Positions 12,156-25,627 are shown, counted from the stretch's first letter. The stretch: DNA of 64,000 nucleotides from Eledone cirrhosa (GCA_964016885.1 OZ024745.1:40176001-40240000), one strand, 5' to 3'. Notes: generated by a model from the letters alone, not told the origin. Translations and numbers: made by a program.

Positions 12156-15100
12156 TATGGTGGAATGTGTAAAAAAAACTCTGTCTGTTTGTCGTATATC
12201 CGGTTCATAACAACATATTCGTTGAGTGGAAAATCGTTAACCGGAACTGAATGTAATATTACTTGTTGATGTTGTTTTAAAGAAGAAATTTACGCCTAGT
12301 AAACATATGAGTAAAGAGGATGAGAAAATATGAAGAGTAACAACGAAGAATTAATGAGAATGGTGATATAAAAAAAAATTGAAATAAATTAATAGTTACC
12401 AAATGAAGGTAATTATTAATTTCTTTTCAATATTCAATGGAAATCGACAGCTGTACATTTATTTTCTTTAATACGAGATACGACTTGTTTAAGAGGGGTG
12501 TGAAATTACTTGTTCTAACAGATTATGTTTTTAATTAAACTACAGCAACAAAACGAGGGTAACTTGTTTAAAATCGAACAAAATATAGTGAACAAAAATA
12601 CTAAATAAATTATTAAATGTATTCAATGGTCAGAAACGTTGAATATTGCCGACTTTTGTTACTTGTTTTTGGTATCATATTTACATTTAAATTGCAAAAT
12701 TTCCTTGTAAAGATACCGTTCTCCAAATGAACATTTTACACTCACATATTAAACAAACTTTTCTTATTATTTCCTTTTCCCTTACTTCAGATAACTATGT
12801 TTCATGCTGTCATTAATACACGTTGGGTCATGTATTTTATCCTTTTTGCTTTCGTTTTCTTCCAGAGGAGAAGTAGTGACAAGCAGTCAAAAAGCGATAG
12901 AAATGGATAATCTTACCCGATATTTATATATTTCTTTAAAGGCATCAAAAGGATTAAAATTAGATCTGAATTTTTCAAGCTCCAAATTCGATAATATCTC
13001 AGAGTTTTATAAAATATAATTCATTCTGATGGTTTGTTTTAAAATATATAGAATCACTTATGTAGAATCAGATGTTTTAAAGCATTAATATTTCTGATTC
13101 CGATACAATAACCATCTAAATTTAAACTCGACAGATTATAATTTGCCTCTAAGAATAAAGCGTAAATTAAGGCAAATCGTTACAGTGATTTACCTTGACA
13201 GTTAAACAAAATAATTCCATTTGAGAAAGGGTGCATTGAATATAATAATTATAATGTTGCATTCAAAATGTTGAAACCTTATTTCATTTCTCCTTGTTGA
13301 TAGCAAAGTTAATTAGAGTTGTTTGGGAATAGGTATTCCATTACATTGGATAGATTTAATGAATAATTTACGCGCAATTAAACCATATTAAATTGATAAA
13401 CAGTTCACAATTCAATTCTTCCTTACATATTCACATTTCGAGAGACAAATAGCTGAATATTTTAGAGTCTAAAGAGGGATTGTTATGGTTTATTGGAGCC
13501 AGGTCTACGATGCTATAACTAATTAATTCAGTATCTTGGCAGTTGTAAAATCACTTTGTCGGCGTGGGGTTATATGTCCGTCTCATTTTTATTAACCTTA
13601 TAACACAAACATAAATGTTATAAAGCCATGCTATTCAAATTATTACAATATGACCAACGAAAATGCAACAGCAATTATATTACATCGCACACAATATAAA
13701 TAAAGAGCAAAGATAGGCATGAGAAGTATATAGTTAGTAGTTAAGCGGCTCCACTTGGTTCAGAATGAATCACGATGTGTCACGGACACTTACAATCGGG
13801 GTTTGAGATGATATAGTCAGGGTTAGAAGGTGGTTGTAAAGTACATGTGTGCTAAACTATCGCTGATGGAAAGACTAGTGTATGTAATTATTATTGTGGT
13901 ATTTCATTGTATTCCATACATTATCGTTACCTGCATTTTGATACAAACATTTCTTTTTTTTATTTTTCTTATTTCTATTGTGTTAGGTAATGAATAACCC
14001 TTATTATATCTACATAATCTCACTTTTATTATTCTTGCCATAGCCTTAATAATAATATTGGAATCTTTTAAGGAAACGAATCCTACTACTGAGTGAAACT
14101 GCTACCGATAAAACCACAACTATACTTATTTTGTGGCAACTACTGCTGCTAATACTTCAGCTACGATTAGCGCAAGCTCTACTGCTTCTGCTGTTGCTAC
14201 TATTAATAATGCCACTAATATAGGAAATACAACATAATACGTAGTACGGAAATGAGCAGTATATTACCAAATAAAAAATATTATTTGTGTTTCTCAAGAT
14301 ATAAGGCACAGGAATGATTACGATAATAACAAATTCTAACATATTACTGTTGTTGTTATCAATATATTGATATTCATACGTATATTGCTTTTTATCTTTA
14401 ATGTTAGTTTACCCCTTCATTGTTAGTGTCTATCTTTTTTTTTATTTTCTTAATTTCTTATATTCATCTTCGCCCTTACATTTGTTTACTGCTTTTACCA
14501 GAATTGTTTTACTCTATTTATTTTTTTACTTTAAGGTATTGCCTTTTCACTTTGCTTATATTTTCTTGCTCTCTACTTTAAAGTATTCTAGTCTTAATAT
14601 ATATATTTTCCATATTCCTTTTTCTTTATTCAGTGTTATATTTATTTTATGTTCATTGTCCCAAAAAGTAGAAACATTTATTGTTATAATTATATTCATA
14701 TTCATTCCTCTATTTTTTACCCATGTATAATGGCTTTTGGTAACACGTGAGAGGCTTAATCCAAAATATAATCGGCGATGCGTTATATTCAGGTATCTCG
14801 TGCTTATCCTTGATCTCTCTATTTGTCTTATTAGGTTATTCAAACTTGGATGTTCATATAACCTAACTCCACCTATAAGGGCGTCTACAAGTGATAAGAT
14901 AGGGAATTTAGTGGCCGCTTTCGAGACCTAGCACCACAGCATATACCATTTGCGAAGCGTCTGTTGGTAAACTTGAAACAACTATAATTTCGACTAAAAC
15001 ATTAATTATAATATAAGAGGTCGAATTTATGAGAGCAGGTCATATTTCAAGAAATATAATTTTGTTACAATCCCGTAACAAATATATTGAGATAGGTATA

Positions 15101-16626
15101 AATATTGAGATAGGTATAAATATTGAGATAGGTATACATATTTCAATCTGGCACGCGTCGGTGTTGGATTGTCTGTTTTGATTTTATCTCTTTTGCCTAA
15201 TCCTCGATGAAAACAAGATACTTTGACACAAATTATAGTCTGTTCCGGCACCCCTGTGTTACTGCATGTTTCTGTATGGCAGTGTGTTTTTGTACGTGTT
15301 GTGAGTATTTTGTGCGTCTGTGTACCCAGATAGCATTTATATGCGTAAATATACCCATATAGGTAAATGGGTGTGTTTTATATGTTAAAAATAAATTTAA
15401 AAAATGCCATCCTTCTTCGCGTATCTAATTTCATGCTTCAATGAAATTTGTAGTGTAGATAACTACTTTCTAGTATATTTCTCTTATTCCAACCTTTTGA
15501 TTTTATTTTCTAATATCCTTACTTTAAACCTGACCATTATCATCACGTTTTTGTTTTACACCTCTGCAGAATGGAATTAAGAATATGTCATGATTTTCAT
15601 ATGGAAATACATTTAAAATTAAGCAAAAAATTGCGTTTTCTAACAAACTCAAACTCACTAAATAATTATAGCGATAGCTTGCATCATATCTGTTTGTTAA
15701 ATATATACAAATATGCTATACGTGATATAACTACAGCTTTCTTTCCACAAAAATGTCCTAAATAATGCATGTTTTGCAAGGGTGCACATTGAAATTATGA
15801 TTATCTCGATATTTTTTCTGAACACAATTCCGCGTGGGGTAATGATATTATCTTCCTATGATTATATAAATAAGATATTATTCATTAGCAACGTAAAAAT
15901 GGAAGGCTGATCACAGCATTTTCGCTTAAACTTTTCGCCAGTATATTAAAAATATATCACCAACTTAATCGTAATCTCCACTTTTGATACCGTACTAAAC
16001 TCTTATGTGCATTATTAAGAAATTTATGGGGAAATAAATTCATATTTGGGTAACATGAATTTTAGTCAGACATTATATCGTTATGTTAGTTAGCGAAAAC
16101 CATCTGCAAAAATAACTCTTTTTTCAGTTAATTCGAAGGCAGATTTAAATCATGAGTCACGTGAGCCGGAAACAATTGGATTATTAAATGAAGGATCATG
16201 TGACAAATGGAAATAATCTTGTCGTCCTTTATAAATGTCCAATTATTTCGTGATTCTTAATTTATCCTTTTGTATATGAGACGCAAAATTATCTAAATTA
16301 TCTAGGTAGAGTTGCCGGTGATATATATATATATGTATGTGTGTGTGTGTGTGTGTGAATATATGTATAAGTACTGATTTAAAGTTTAAGTAAAACATTT
16401 CTCATTCCACCCTTACTGGAATATCCTGAAATACAGAAAAAAAAATCTGTAGACGCAGATCTGTATATATATATATATATATATTTAGGTTTGTTGGTTC
16501 ACCACTGGATAGAACTGGTCATTCCGTATGGTCAACCTCGATGTAATATTATGGAGAGCACTCCACGTAATGCAACTCACCCGTTTCACTTTTGTAGTTG
16601 ATGGTGCGAGTACGGAGTTAATTAAT

Positions 16627-16857
16627 ATAAAATAACCGGAGACTGGTCTGGTGTAAGTCCTAAAAAGGTTAAATTATATTATGATCATTTCAATGACCGG
16701 GTTCAGTATTAATCCGCCGACATCATAAGGTATACGAAATATAACAAAGGAATATAATAGACAAAATCCATGGTGCTGAAAATCAAAGACATTGAAATGA
16801 TCATACTATAATAAACCTTTTAAGGAATTACACCAGTCCAGCCTCCTGTTACTTTAT
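16627..16857. repeat. Imperfect inverted repeat with ~68-bp arms, beside (TA)n
   Basis: 16627-16695 is the approximate reverse complement of 16790-16857 (e.g. ATGATCATTTCAATG / CATTGAAATGATCAT; CTGGTGTAA / TTACACCAG). Confidence 0.75.
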
Positions 16858-16944
16858 AATATATATATATATATATATATAATATGAAACGAAAAATCAG
16901 TGATGCATCTGAACTCAATTTATTGTGTGTTACAATTGTTTCGC

Positions 16945-19058
16945 CGACGGACAGCTCGAGACGCGATCATTGTGTGGATCTTTCTGATTCTGGACCCGCA
17001 GGATCCGTTTGGCCCAAGTATTTGAACTGTTTTACATTTTTAAAAAATGTTGAAAAAAAAAAGAAAGAAAAACATGGCTGAGCCACGCCGACCCCAGCGA
17101 TATGTCGTGTGACAACGACGTAAAATTTTAGTGGAGCGTTACGGCTAAATTTACAGAAATTAATACAACAAACACCATCACAAACAACGTGAACAAAGGC
17201 AGCAATGACAACAACACTGAGAACTCTAATTCTGAAAAAAATGACAGTATCAGCGACAACTAAAATTCAGATAACAGAAAAAATGGGGCAGGACGGCCGG
17301 ACTTCTTTAGAGGCCTGGAAGCCTTTCTGGGTACGTCTCGACCTTTACTGTATAGCGGGGAACTGGAACTGCATCTTAGAGCTACGCTGGGTCTGTGTGT
17401 GAGTATCCGATAGGAGGGGGAGGTGCAAAAGCCTCAAGAACCTGATCAGCCAGTTCCAACTGTCTGACAAGTATCGACTAGATTTCACTAATGCGCCAGT
17501 CTCGACCCGGACTAACCGTATAGGGTCATCTAGATCGTATATAGACAAGATATTCATTACGAAAATAGACAGAAATAGTGTAAGCTGTCAACGTTTTAAA
17601 ACGGTCGCCTATTCAGATCACACGTTTCTGATCTGTATGGTCGACCTAGATAAGACGCGTAGGTTAGGACCTGGTTACTGGAAGCTTACGGGCACCAGGT
17701 CAACAATTTTGTTAAGAAAAAAGTTGACAGGGGGAGGCGTCAACAATATATGGTGGTTCTCAAAGGAGAGATTAGAGTAATCTCGATAGAGCTTAGCAAA
17801 GAAGTAGCACTAGAGAAACATAGAAAGGAGGGGGAGTTGGTAGATAAGTTAGACGAGGCTATTTGTAGTGGCATTGCAACTAACTTGCTAGCGGCGAGAA
17901 TAGCATTAGATCATTTCTTCAATGCGAAACACGAAGGTTGCATTGTCAGAGATAGGCGCGTGCTCTGTGAAACGAGGGAACCAAAGCTGTTCGATGGGCC
18001 CGCTTGGCAGAGGGCAGCGTGGTAATAAAACCACGATTCAGTCTTTGACGAACCGAGATGGACATGAGCTGAGAGATTTCAAGCGAATGTGTGAGGCCTT
18101 TCGCCAACATTTTGCTCGGTCGTTCGAGGAAAGTGGCGGGCCAGAGACTGTGGCGGACTTGAGTCCCTACTTCGATTGCTTGCCGCAACTCTCAACGGCC
18201 GACGCTGAAGGCTGCGAAAGGCCGATTACTTCAGCCGAGATTCAGGATGCCCGGCTTGGATGGTCTGCCCTATGAGCTTTACGTAAATATGCTAGACTTG
18301 TTCTCCGCAACTGCTCAACTGCAACTGCAACTGGCAGCAGAACTGGAGTATTCCCAGGTCTGTGAGTTGGGGCGTAGTGACGCTGATAAGGAAATACGAG
18401 AAGAGGGACACATTAGACAACTTCAGGCCCATAACTCTGTTCAACACAGAGTTTAATATTTTGGGTAAGGTGTTAGCGAAGAGGTTGGCGCTTGTCGTCG
18501 GGGATTTTTGTTCGGGAGGTGCAAATTTGCGCAATCCCAACCAGGTCTATATCGACAACCTCCACCTAATTCGATACATCATAGAGAGGGTAGGGTGTAA
18601 ACCTGGCATCGGTGGTGCTCTGATCAATTTAGATCAATCGAAAGCATTCGATTGGGTCGACCATCGGTACATGTAGGCTGTTCTCAAGGTGGCTGGCTTC
18701 GTCCCGTCTTCAGAATCTGGATCGCTGCAATGCACAGCGGCACCTGCTCGGTGGTCAACGTTAATGGCCATCTCTCGGAACCGTTTCAGATCTCCCGGTT
18801 GGTCCATGAAGGGTGCCATCACTCCTCCCTTCTGTACGTATTGCCTCTCGAGCCTTTACTGCGGAAGCTGGAGATGTTACAGGGCACCTCTCTCGAACAG
18901 GGACGCGGAAAAGCTGTGTCGGCTTAGGCGGACGACATCACCCTGATGTAGTCGGACACCTCAGAAATCGAGTGGTCAGCAATTTATTGGAGGAATATGA
19001 AAGGTTGACGGGAGCAAAATTTAACGCGGAAAATTCGGTGGGCTTGCAGCTCGGCACA
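16945..19058 (+). mobile_element. Degenerate, internally deleted L1/Tx1-clade LINE
   Basis: 5' UTR and ORF1 start (AACATGGCTGAG ~17073) are fused at ~17285 to EN remnants. RT motifs GLDGLPYELY, DNFRPITLFNTEF, DQSKAFDWVDH and ADD follow, with stops and frameshifts. Confidence 0.88.
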
Positions 19059-19232
19059 TTAGAGACGGCACAGAACAGTACAGGACGATACGATGTGGAT
19101 TTTGGTCGTTTAAAGAGGTTATAACAAAATCGGGCTAGAAATCCCAAAAGATTCAAACAACAAATATTCCCCAAGAAGGGGGAAACCTCCGAGGGTCACT
19201 CGTGTTGAAAACCACGCATAAGACCACGGCCA
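19056..19232 (-). mobile_element. 3' UTR of the same Tx1-like family, in opposite orientation
   Basis: Plus-strand text CATTA.AGACGGCACAG...TTCCCCAA.A.GGGGGAAA...AAGACCACGGCCAC is collinear with 42766-42966, which belongs to a minus-strand copy. Confidence 0.75.
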
Positions 19233-19305
19233 CGTTTCGCATTCATATAGCAGCGCTTTCAGAATAAATGTTTCACACCATTTATTGGACGACTCAGCAT
19301 CTCTC

Positions 19306-19439
<134 letters not shown>

Positions 19440-19719
19440 ATTATATATATATAATTATATATATAATTATATATATATAATTATATATATATATATATAT
19501 ATATTTCGTTTCTGAATTTGTTTAGCAAGATTCTTTATCTGAAATCGTGTGTTGAAACCGATATTGTTATACTTTGGGAGGGTCATGTTGCCAATAAGAA
19601 ACACACGCACCAGTTGCTTTCACTTCAATTTAATTTAATATATATTTATAAATTTACAAATTTATAAATTTCTGGTTGGTTGGTTGGTTCCACAACCAGA
19701 TAGTTGTTTATATATATAT

Positions 19720-19764
19720 AGTCATAGTTCTTTCGTCACACACTCTGTGACCTCTTCAGTGACT
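19720..19764 (-). ncRNA. Minimal type I hammerhead ribozyme (family A)
   Basis: Reverse complement of 19911-19955. Confidence 0.85.
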
Positions 19765-19910
19765 GGGGATTTCTTTCTTCGTTTCTGTGCCTTTCCTTTC
19801 TTCTATCCTACGCCATTTTGTTTGTGTGTGGGTTGCGTGCTCAGTTTGCGCATGCGCCACATCCGTGGATAGAAGAAAGGAAAGGCACAGAAACGAAGAA
19901 AGAAATCCCC

Positions 19911-19955
19911 AGTCACTGAAGAGGTCACAGAGTGTGTGACGAAAGAACTATGACT
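19911..19955 (+). ncRNA. Minimal type I hammerhead ribozyme (family A)
   Basis: agtca CTGAAGA g gtcaca gagtg tgtgac GAAA gaac TA tgact. Stem I 5 bp, stem II 6 bp, minimal stem III, CUA cleavage at 19950. Confidence 0.85.
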
Positions 19956-20106
19956 ATATATATATAAACAACTATCTGGTTGTGGAACCAACCAACCAAC
20001 CAGAAATTTATAAATTTGTAAATTTATAAATATATATTAAATTAAATTGAAGTGAAAGCAACTGGTGCGTGTGTTTCTTATTGGCAACATGACCCTCCCA
20101 AAGTAT

Positions 20107-20154
<48 letters not shown>

Positions 20155-20375
20155 CCAACAGTTTAACAAGGTTCATTGATTAATCAATGAATAATGTTTT
20201 GCAATAGAATAAAAGCACTCAACAAAGAGGTTTTCGTGTGTTATTAATATTACTTCAAAATATTAATAAATATAAACATTCATGTGATCAAATGTATTTT
20301 ATTATACATATTTGATCAGTATGTCCTCATCAGATAAAATAAATTGATGTCTGACATACCTCAACTGTGCTACTG

Positions 20376-20410
20376 GCTCAATTCCAGTCTTGCCAAGACT
20401 GGAATTGAGC
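20376..20410. repeat. Perfect 17-bp-arm palindrome
   Basis: GCTCAATTCCAGTCTTG c CAAGACTGGAATTGAGC. Confidence 0.9.
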
Positions 20411-20434
20411 GATCCAGATTCTAATATTTTGAAG

Positions 20435-20468
<34 letters not shown>

Positions 20469-20471
<3 letters not shown>

Positions 20472-20644
20472 GGAATAAGTAAGACCCCGACGGCTGAGCT
20501 CAAGCCGTTTCGAGAATTAGCCGTCGAAACGGCTTGAGCTCAGCCGTCGGGGTCTTACTTGTTCCTATTACCCACTCTACTACCCTAAGTATTGAGTAAT
20601 TTGGTGCGTTATGGTCCACCTGGTTCCTTACCACATTTCCTTCG

Positions 20645-20645
<1 letters not shown>
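20469..20645. mobile_element. Micro-insertion of family-B pLTR with 45-bp inverted arms, between (TA)n tracts
   Basis: 20469-20513 is inverted relative to 20524-20568 (one mismatch). 20514-20568 matches 3568-3622, the 3' half of the hammerhead. Confidence 0.85.
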
Positions 20646-20710
<65 letters not shown>

Positions 20711-20757
20711 AATGAATAATAACAGGTAGACATCATAAAAACGTAATTTAGTCCGTG

Positions 20758-20869
20758 TGCTTACAAATGTTTCCACGGTGATACTACAGCCTAGTTATGC
20801 TATGTGCAAATTTACAAGAATTTGCAGAACTCAAATATCCGATGCTGTGACCACTGTATCCTCAGAGCA
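20758..20869 (-). ncRNA. Type I hammerhead ribozyme with extended stem II (family C)
   Basis: Minus strand: tgct CTGAGGA tacagtgg...(85-nt stem II in total)...tcaccgtg GAAA catttg TA agca. Confidence 0.75.
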
Positions 20870-21361
20870 GAATGGTAAAATGTACAATTTAAATACCCTT
20901 AAGTTGGGTTGTTGGGGAAGATAGAGTAGAAAAGGAAGAGAGAAAAGTAGGGGAGAGGGAGAGAGAGAGAAAGATATGCAGGGGTTGGAGAAGTAGGAGA
21001 GAGTGGTTTGTAGATATCTTAATAAAAATGTTATGGTAGGGGTTTTATTATACCGGTTACTTTTGGAGAGATGCGTTGATAGTTAAGGTCGGAATTATTT
21101 ATTGCCCCAGAGGGCAGGTTCATAGATGTGGAGAGGGAGGTAGGCCAAAGGCGAGAGAGAGAGAGTGTGTAATGGATGTAGAGAGAGAGGTAGAGAGGGG
21201 ACAGACGAAGTTTATGTGGTGAGTGAACTTTGGGTTTGTAGTAGTAATCTGTGAATTGCACTGAGTTACCATTTATAGTGATAAGCAGTGTATTGTCTTG
21301 TGGTGTGGGGGAAGAGAAGGTGGTTAGCTAGAAAGCGATGTTATAGTTACGGGTTCGAATG

Positions 21362-21757
21362 TTAAGTTATTTTATAGTGAGAGAATTTAGCTTTTAGTTT
21401 GTGGTTGCAGTATAATGATCGTTCAATTCTATCGTTAAGTAGTTTGTTTTGGGATTTTAATATGTAAAAGAGTTCAAGGTTACATAACCTGTAGTACTTC
21501 AATCCACTCCGATATGCACTTGCGCTGGAAAGTATATCCCATTTTAAGGTGAACTGTTGGTTGCGTTCACGGAGTTGCCAGGTCTTGTTGGCGAGCGTGG
21601 TCACAAAACGGTGATTCTGATGTTTGATTGAGAATCGATGACGGTACCAGCGAGATTTAAACGAGGTGGTGGTAGATCCGATATAATACCATTTCTGGTC
21701 GTTCGATTCAACCGTGCATTGGTAAACAATGTTGGACTTTAGGCATTCATTATTCAA
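21362..21757 (-). pseudogene. PLE GIY-YIG endonuclease domain
   Basis: IVY...YIG..R..H and LCNLE...LLN motifs. Separated from the upstream RT/thumb ORF by a frameshift. Confidence 0.85.
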
Positions 21758-23108
21758 TGGACATCTTTCAGGTAGATGGCAGTTACATTCTTTGTTGTGG
21801 GTAGCAGGTATACCATGGATAGGTTGTGATAGCGGTGCAGGTGGATTGTGTAATACCCGTCTCCCATTTAGTGGTTGGGAGGCAGATATTACGTTCTGCC
21901 CATCTGTTACTAAAATGTTTTGTTTTGTAAAGTTGTTTAATTGTCTTAAGTTAAGTTTGTTTATGTATGCTTCAAGGTGGAGTATGATAGTCTAATAGTT
22001 TTAGCGTTCAGAATTTTGCTGTATTTATGGGAACTAGGGAAATGTTTGTTGATTAACTTAAAGAATGAAAGAGATAGTTTTGTACTAATCAAGGCATTAA
22101 AAATAGGATTGTACCAGATATACTTTCTACAACGTGATTTATTTAGTGGTGATTTTCTATTATTAGTATGTCTGGTAGTACTGTGTGTGTGCGCTTGTAT
22201 TTTAGTCCCCCGGTTACGTATTCCTTGATTTCGTGTAGCGCTATGTGTGTTATGGAAATTCCTATCAATGTATTCTATTGTATCCCGGTGGTTGGCCTTC
22301 CTTAATGCATTATTGTAGTATTCAGCGTGTTCACTAAAAATATCAGAGTTAGACGATAGGCGAGAGATTCTAAGAGAAATACTCCGGGGAACTGATTTGA
22401 TCATGGAGAGTGGGTGGTTTGAGTTAAAGTTAATATACGTAAGGTTCTCATTCATCTTGTGGAAGGGTGGTATCTGTCCGGTATTTAAATTAAGAGTTAC
22501 GTCCAGAAAGTTTACTACTTTAAGATTGTATTCGTATGTTATTTTTAGACCCAGTTCACTAAAAGATTTTCTAATATTTTTCCGTAGCCTTTCAAGATGT
22601 TGGTTATTCAAGTTATTAACTAATAAGAGGCCATCATCTCTGTATATCCCCCCTGTAGATTACTAAATTTACTATGTAATATGTGGGCTATGTAAATTCC
22701 CACGAGATCCGTGACCTCCGCTGAGTCGTTGGAACCCATGGTAATGTCGACATTTGTGGGTCTGTCCTTACATTCCCAGTAGCAGTTATCAAACTTAATA
22801 ATCGTTTTTCTAGCCTCGAGAATAATATTAATTTCGTCCTCCGTTAGGTCGGAATTGACCCTAGCAAACGATAGGGCCTTACGTAAAGTGCTTGGTGAGA
22901 TGGAGGAGTAGTATTCGTATATGTCAAATTGTATAAACTTAGATTTATTCTTATTCTTAACGTTATTAAACGAGCGAATTGCTTCGCTAGTGTTGCCCCA
23001 TAATTTAATTTCAATTACTCTTTTTCACTTGAGTTATTACTCTGTCAAGTACGTCAACCATATCCAGTGTAGTAATTAACCATTACTACATCTTGGATAA
23101 TCCTATAC

Positions 23109-23179
<71 letters not shown>

Positions 23180-23260
23180 ATTCTCAATTAAACATTCAAA
23201 CAAACGGATAGCTACATACGCATGTATGCAAAAGTTACAGAAAGGCAAATAGAGAGAGAC

Positions 23261-23343
<83 letters not shown>

Positions 23344-24735
23344 AAGTAATAGAGAGCGGAGAGAAAAACAATCTGATAGGCTGGGGTTTCTAAATATTAC
23401 TACCTCGTATTACTACTTTTAGCTTGGAAATGTTACAGAAAGCGTTTCCTTTATTATCATATATACAACATATAAATGGTGTGATATCAGTTTTGCACAT
23501 GTTATTCACAAAGTTCGCATCTAGTATGATTGATGATTTGTTTTATCAATGAATTGATGTATCCAATGGTCTTTAAGTGGAAGCCTGTCAGTATTTATCT
23601 GAACACCACATTTGTATCAGTGTCTTATATGTTGCGATATATTGTGGGTTCATTGAGAAAGTATTGATGGTAAACATGTTTAATATTTTTAAAACGTATA
23701 TGTGTAATGTCACATGATATATAGCCGCAGAGAACTGATTATTCAGCTCTATGATCAAAGGCTTTCTTGCCCACTGTTTTCAGAAATATTCTCTTTGTGC
23801 ATAAAATCTTCGTTGCCATAACTGACATATGGAAAATGCAATATAATAAAATATACCACGGGTACTACATTTCATCCCCTGATAAATCCTACTTAAATTG
23901 TGTAGAATATTTCTAGACACACATTCAGCGAAAATTAATAGTTTTATAAAAATAGAGATATGCCATTATCATCCTCTTTTTCACTGTGTAATCAAATAGA
24001 TTTAGAATAAGCGGACGTATAATATATCACCTGCAATTATGTGAAGATAAAAACTTCCTTTTACTATAACGAGGTCGTAAGTTTAATATTACTACCGTAG
24101 AAAATATTGGCCGACATGTGTCAACTGAATCCCTATTTTTCATTTTGGCACAGCGAATGTGAGTTGTAATTACCCACCACTAGAATCCATAATACTGTCG
24201 TTGATTTGTTGCAGCTCATTCCGAGACACTAAACTGATAATCAAATACAGTCGTAGACGTAGACATTATCAAATGTATATCGTTGAAAATTGTGTAATTT
24301 AAACTTTGCTTCACGACATCTTCTACATACGGATTACATATTTGTATATATATATATATATAAACAATTAAGTTAAAAATGTACATCTACATATGCATAC
24401 TGAAATACTAGTATGCATATGAATACACACACGTATACATATGTAGATGTACCAAGTCTTTCACTGGTTACTTTACTGTGAGTAATCCAGCTATTCTGTA
24501 TGTAAACACACAGACAAACCGGTTTTTAGAGTCATACTGGTTTTCGAGGAAACACCTTTCCTCTATTCTCCAGAAAGCCAGACAAGGAATATTGAACTAT
24601 ATATATATAAAGAAAAAGAGATGAAATCGAAAATGCAACTGAAGTCTTTTTTTTTTTAAAATATATATATGTATTTGGTTCCTTTACCGCAGTTCTTCTG
24701 CTTTTCAATTTTTCATTTTGTAAAAAAAACCTCAC

Positions 24736-24811
<76 letters not shown>

Positions 24812-24814
24812 ACA

Positions 24815-25621
24815 TTAGTTCTATCGTCACTTTGGTATATTATTGTGTGTTAGATTTTGCCTACCACAATGTTAGATTTGTCAAGCTATTTAAACGTATG
24901 TTATTACTCTAAGGACCTATCTTATCGAGTGCTTTGCTATCTCATCACCTCGTAAGTAAGCCGAATTTGCTTGCAAACCGCTAGAGATTTGATTTTACTA
25001 AATATCCAATTATATTATTCTACTAGATTTAATAATTAACTAATTAATTTAATTAGACAATTCTGTTGATTGGTTAATTATTTATGTTTGTTTTATAACA
25101 TGTGGTCGAGAGCTTATTCTGATGATTAGCGGGAATTAAAATATTTCCTTTGTCTAACATTTTGAATGACCCGCCAAAAACCGGGGGTTATTTCCCTTGC
25201 TGGAATTAACACGTGACATCTATAGATACGATACGCCGCGACACAGCAGCAACATTTACCCTATCACCCCGTCCTTGGTAGAACGACAACCTGTCGATAA
25301 AATGAATCCTCTGTTCGATCAAAAAATACCTGGAGTTTGCCAGTCACATAAGTCTGATATTTGATTTCGGATTCATAGAAACACTTGTATAACACTTGTA
25401 TAACACAGGTGTATTTTTCTCAACCTGTTAGTTCTATCGTCACTTTGGTATGTTATTGTGGGTTAAATTTTGCCTACCACAATGTTAGATTTGTCAAGCT
25501 ATTTAAACAGACGTTCATACTCTAAGGACCTAACTTAACGAGTGCTTTGCTAACTCATCACCTCATAAGTAGGGCGAATTTGCTTGCAAACCGCCAGAGA
25601 TTAGATTTTACTAAATATCCA

Positions 25622-25627
<6 letters not shown>
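24815..25627. mobile_element. Partial tandem (200-bp direct repeats, 613-bp period) between microsatellites; pLTR-like non-autonomous element
   Basis: 24815-25014 is similar to 25428-25627. Contains CTGATGA (25119) and GAAACACTTGTA (25378), the latter identical to the family C HHR stem III. Confidence 0.65.

Larger units (their letters stand above)
19506..20114. mobile_element. ORF-less PLE pLTR insertion forming a 248-bp-arm palindrome in (TA)n
   Basis: Arms 19561-19808 and 19867-20114 look like exact reverse complements, with a 58-bp spacer. The segment is homologous to the pLTR at 1177-1535 (ATATTGTTATACTT.GG.AGGGTCAT; CTACGCCATTTT). Confidence 0.88.
20701..23113 (-). mobile_element. Penelope-like retroelement, 5'-truncated (RT with YRDD, thumb, GIY-YIG, pLTR) with inverted pLTR tip at the 5' junction
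   Basis: Motifs DITMGSNDSAEVTDLVG, IYRDDGLL (~22630-22650), VVNFLDVTLNL..YINFNSNHP, and CLKSNIVYQC..YYIGSTTTSFKSRWYRH. 23049-23113 is the reverse complement of pLTR sequence at 37688-37752. (TA)n on both sides. Confidence 0.93.

Noticed and set aside
13794-13862. Exon-like segment on the minus strand with a good acceptor and GTAAGT donor
   Set aside because: Stop codons in all three frames. It could only be non-coding and is unsupported.
14900-15055. Minus-strand GAAA gcggccac TA preceded by a gacctgc/gctaggtc helix
   Set aside because: No recognisable CUGANGA or UUGANAA core adjacent to a stem I.
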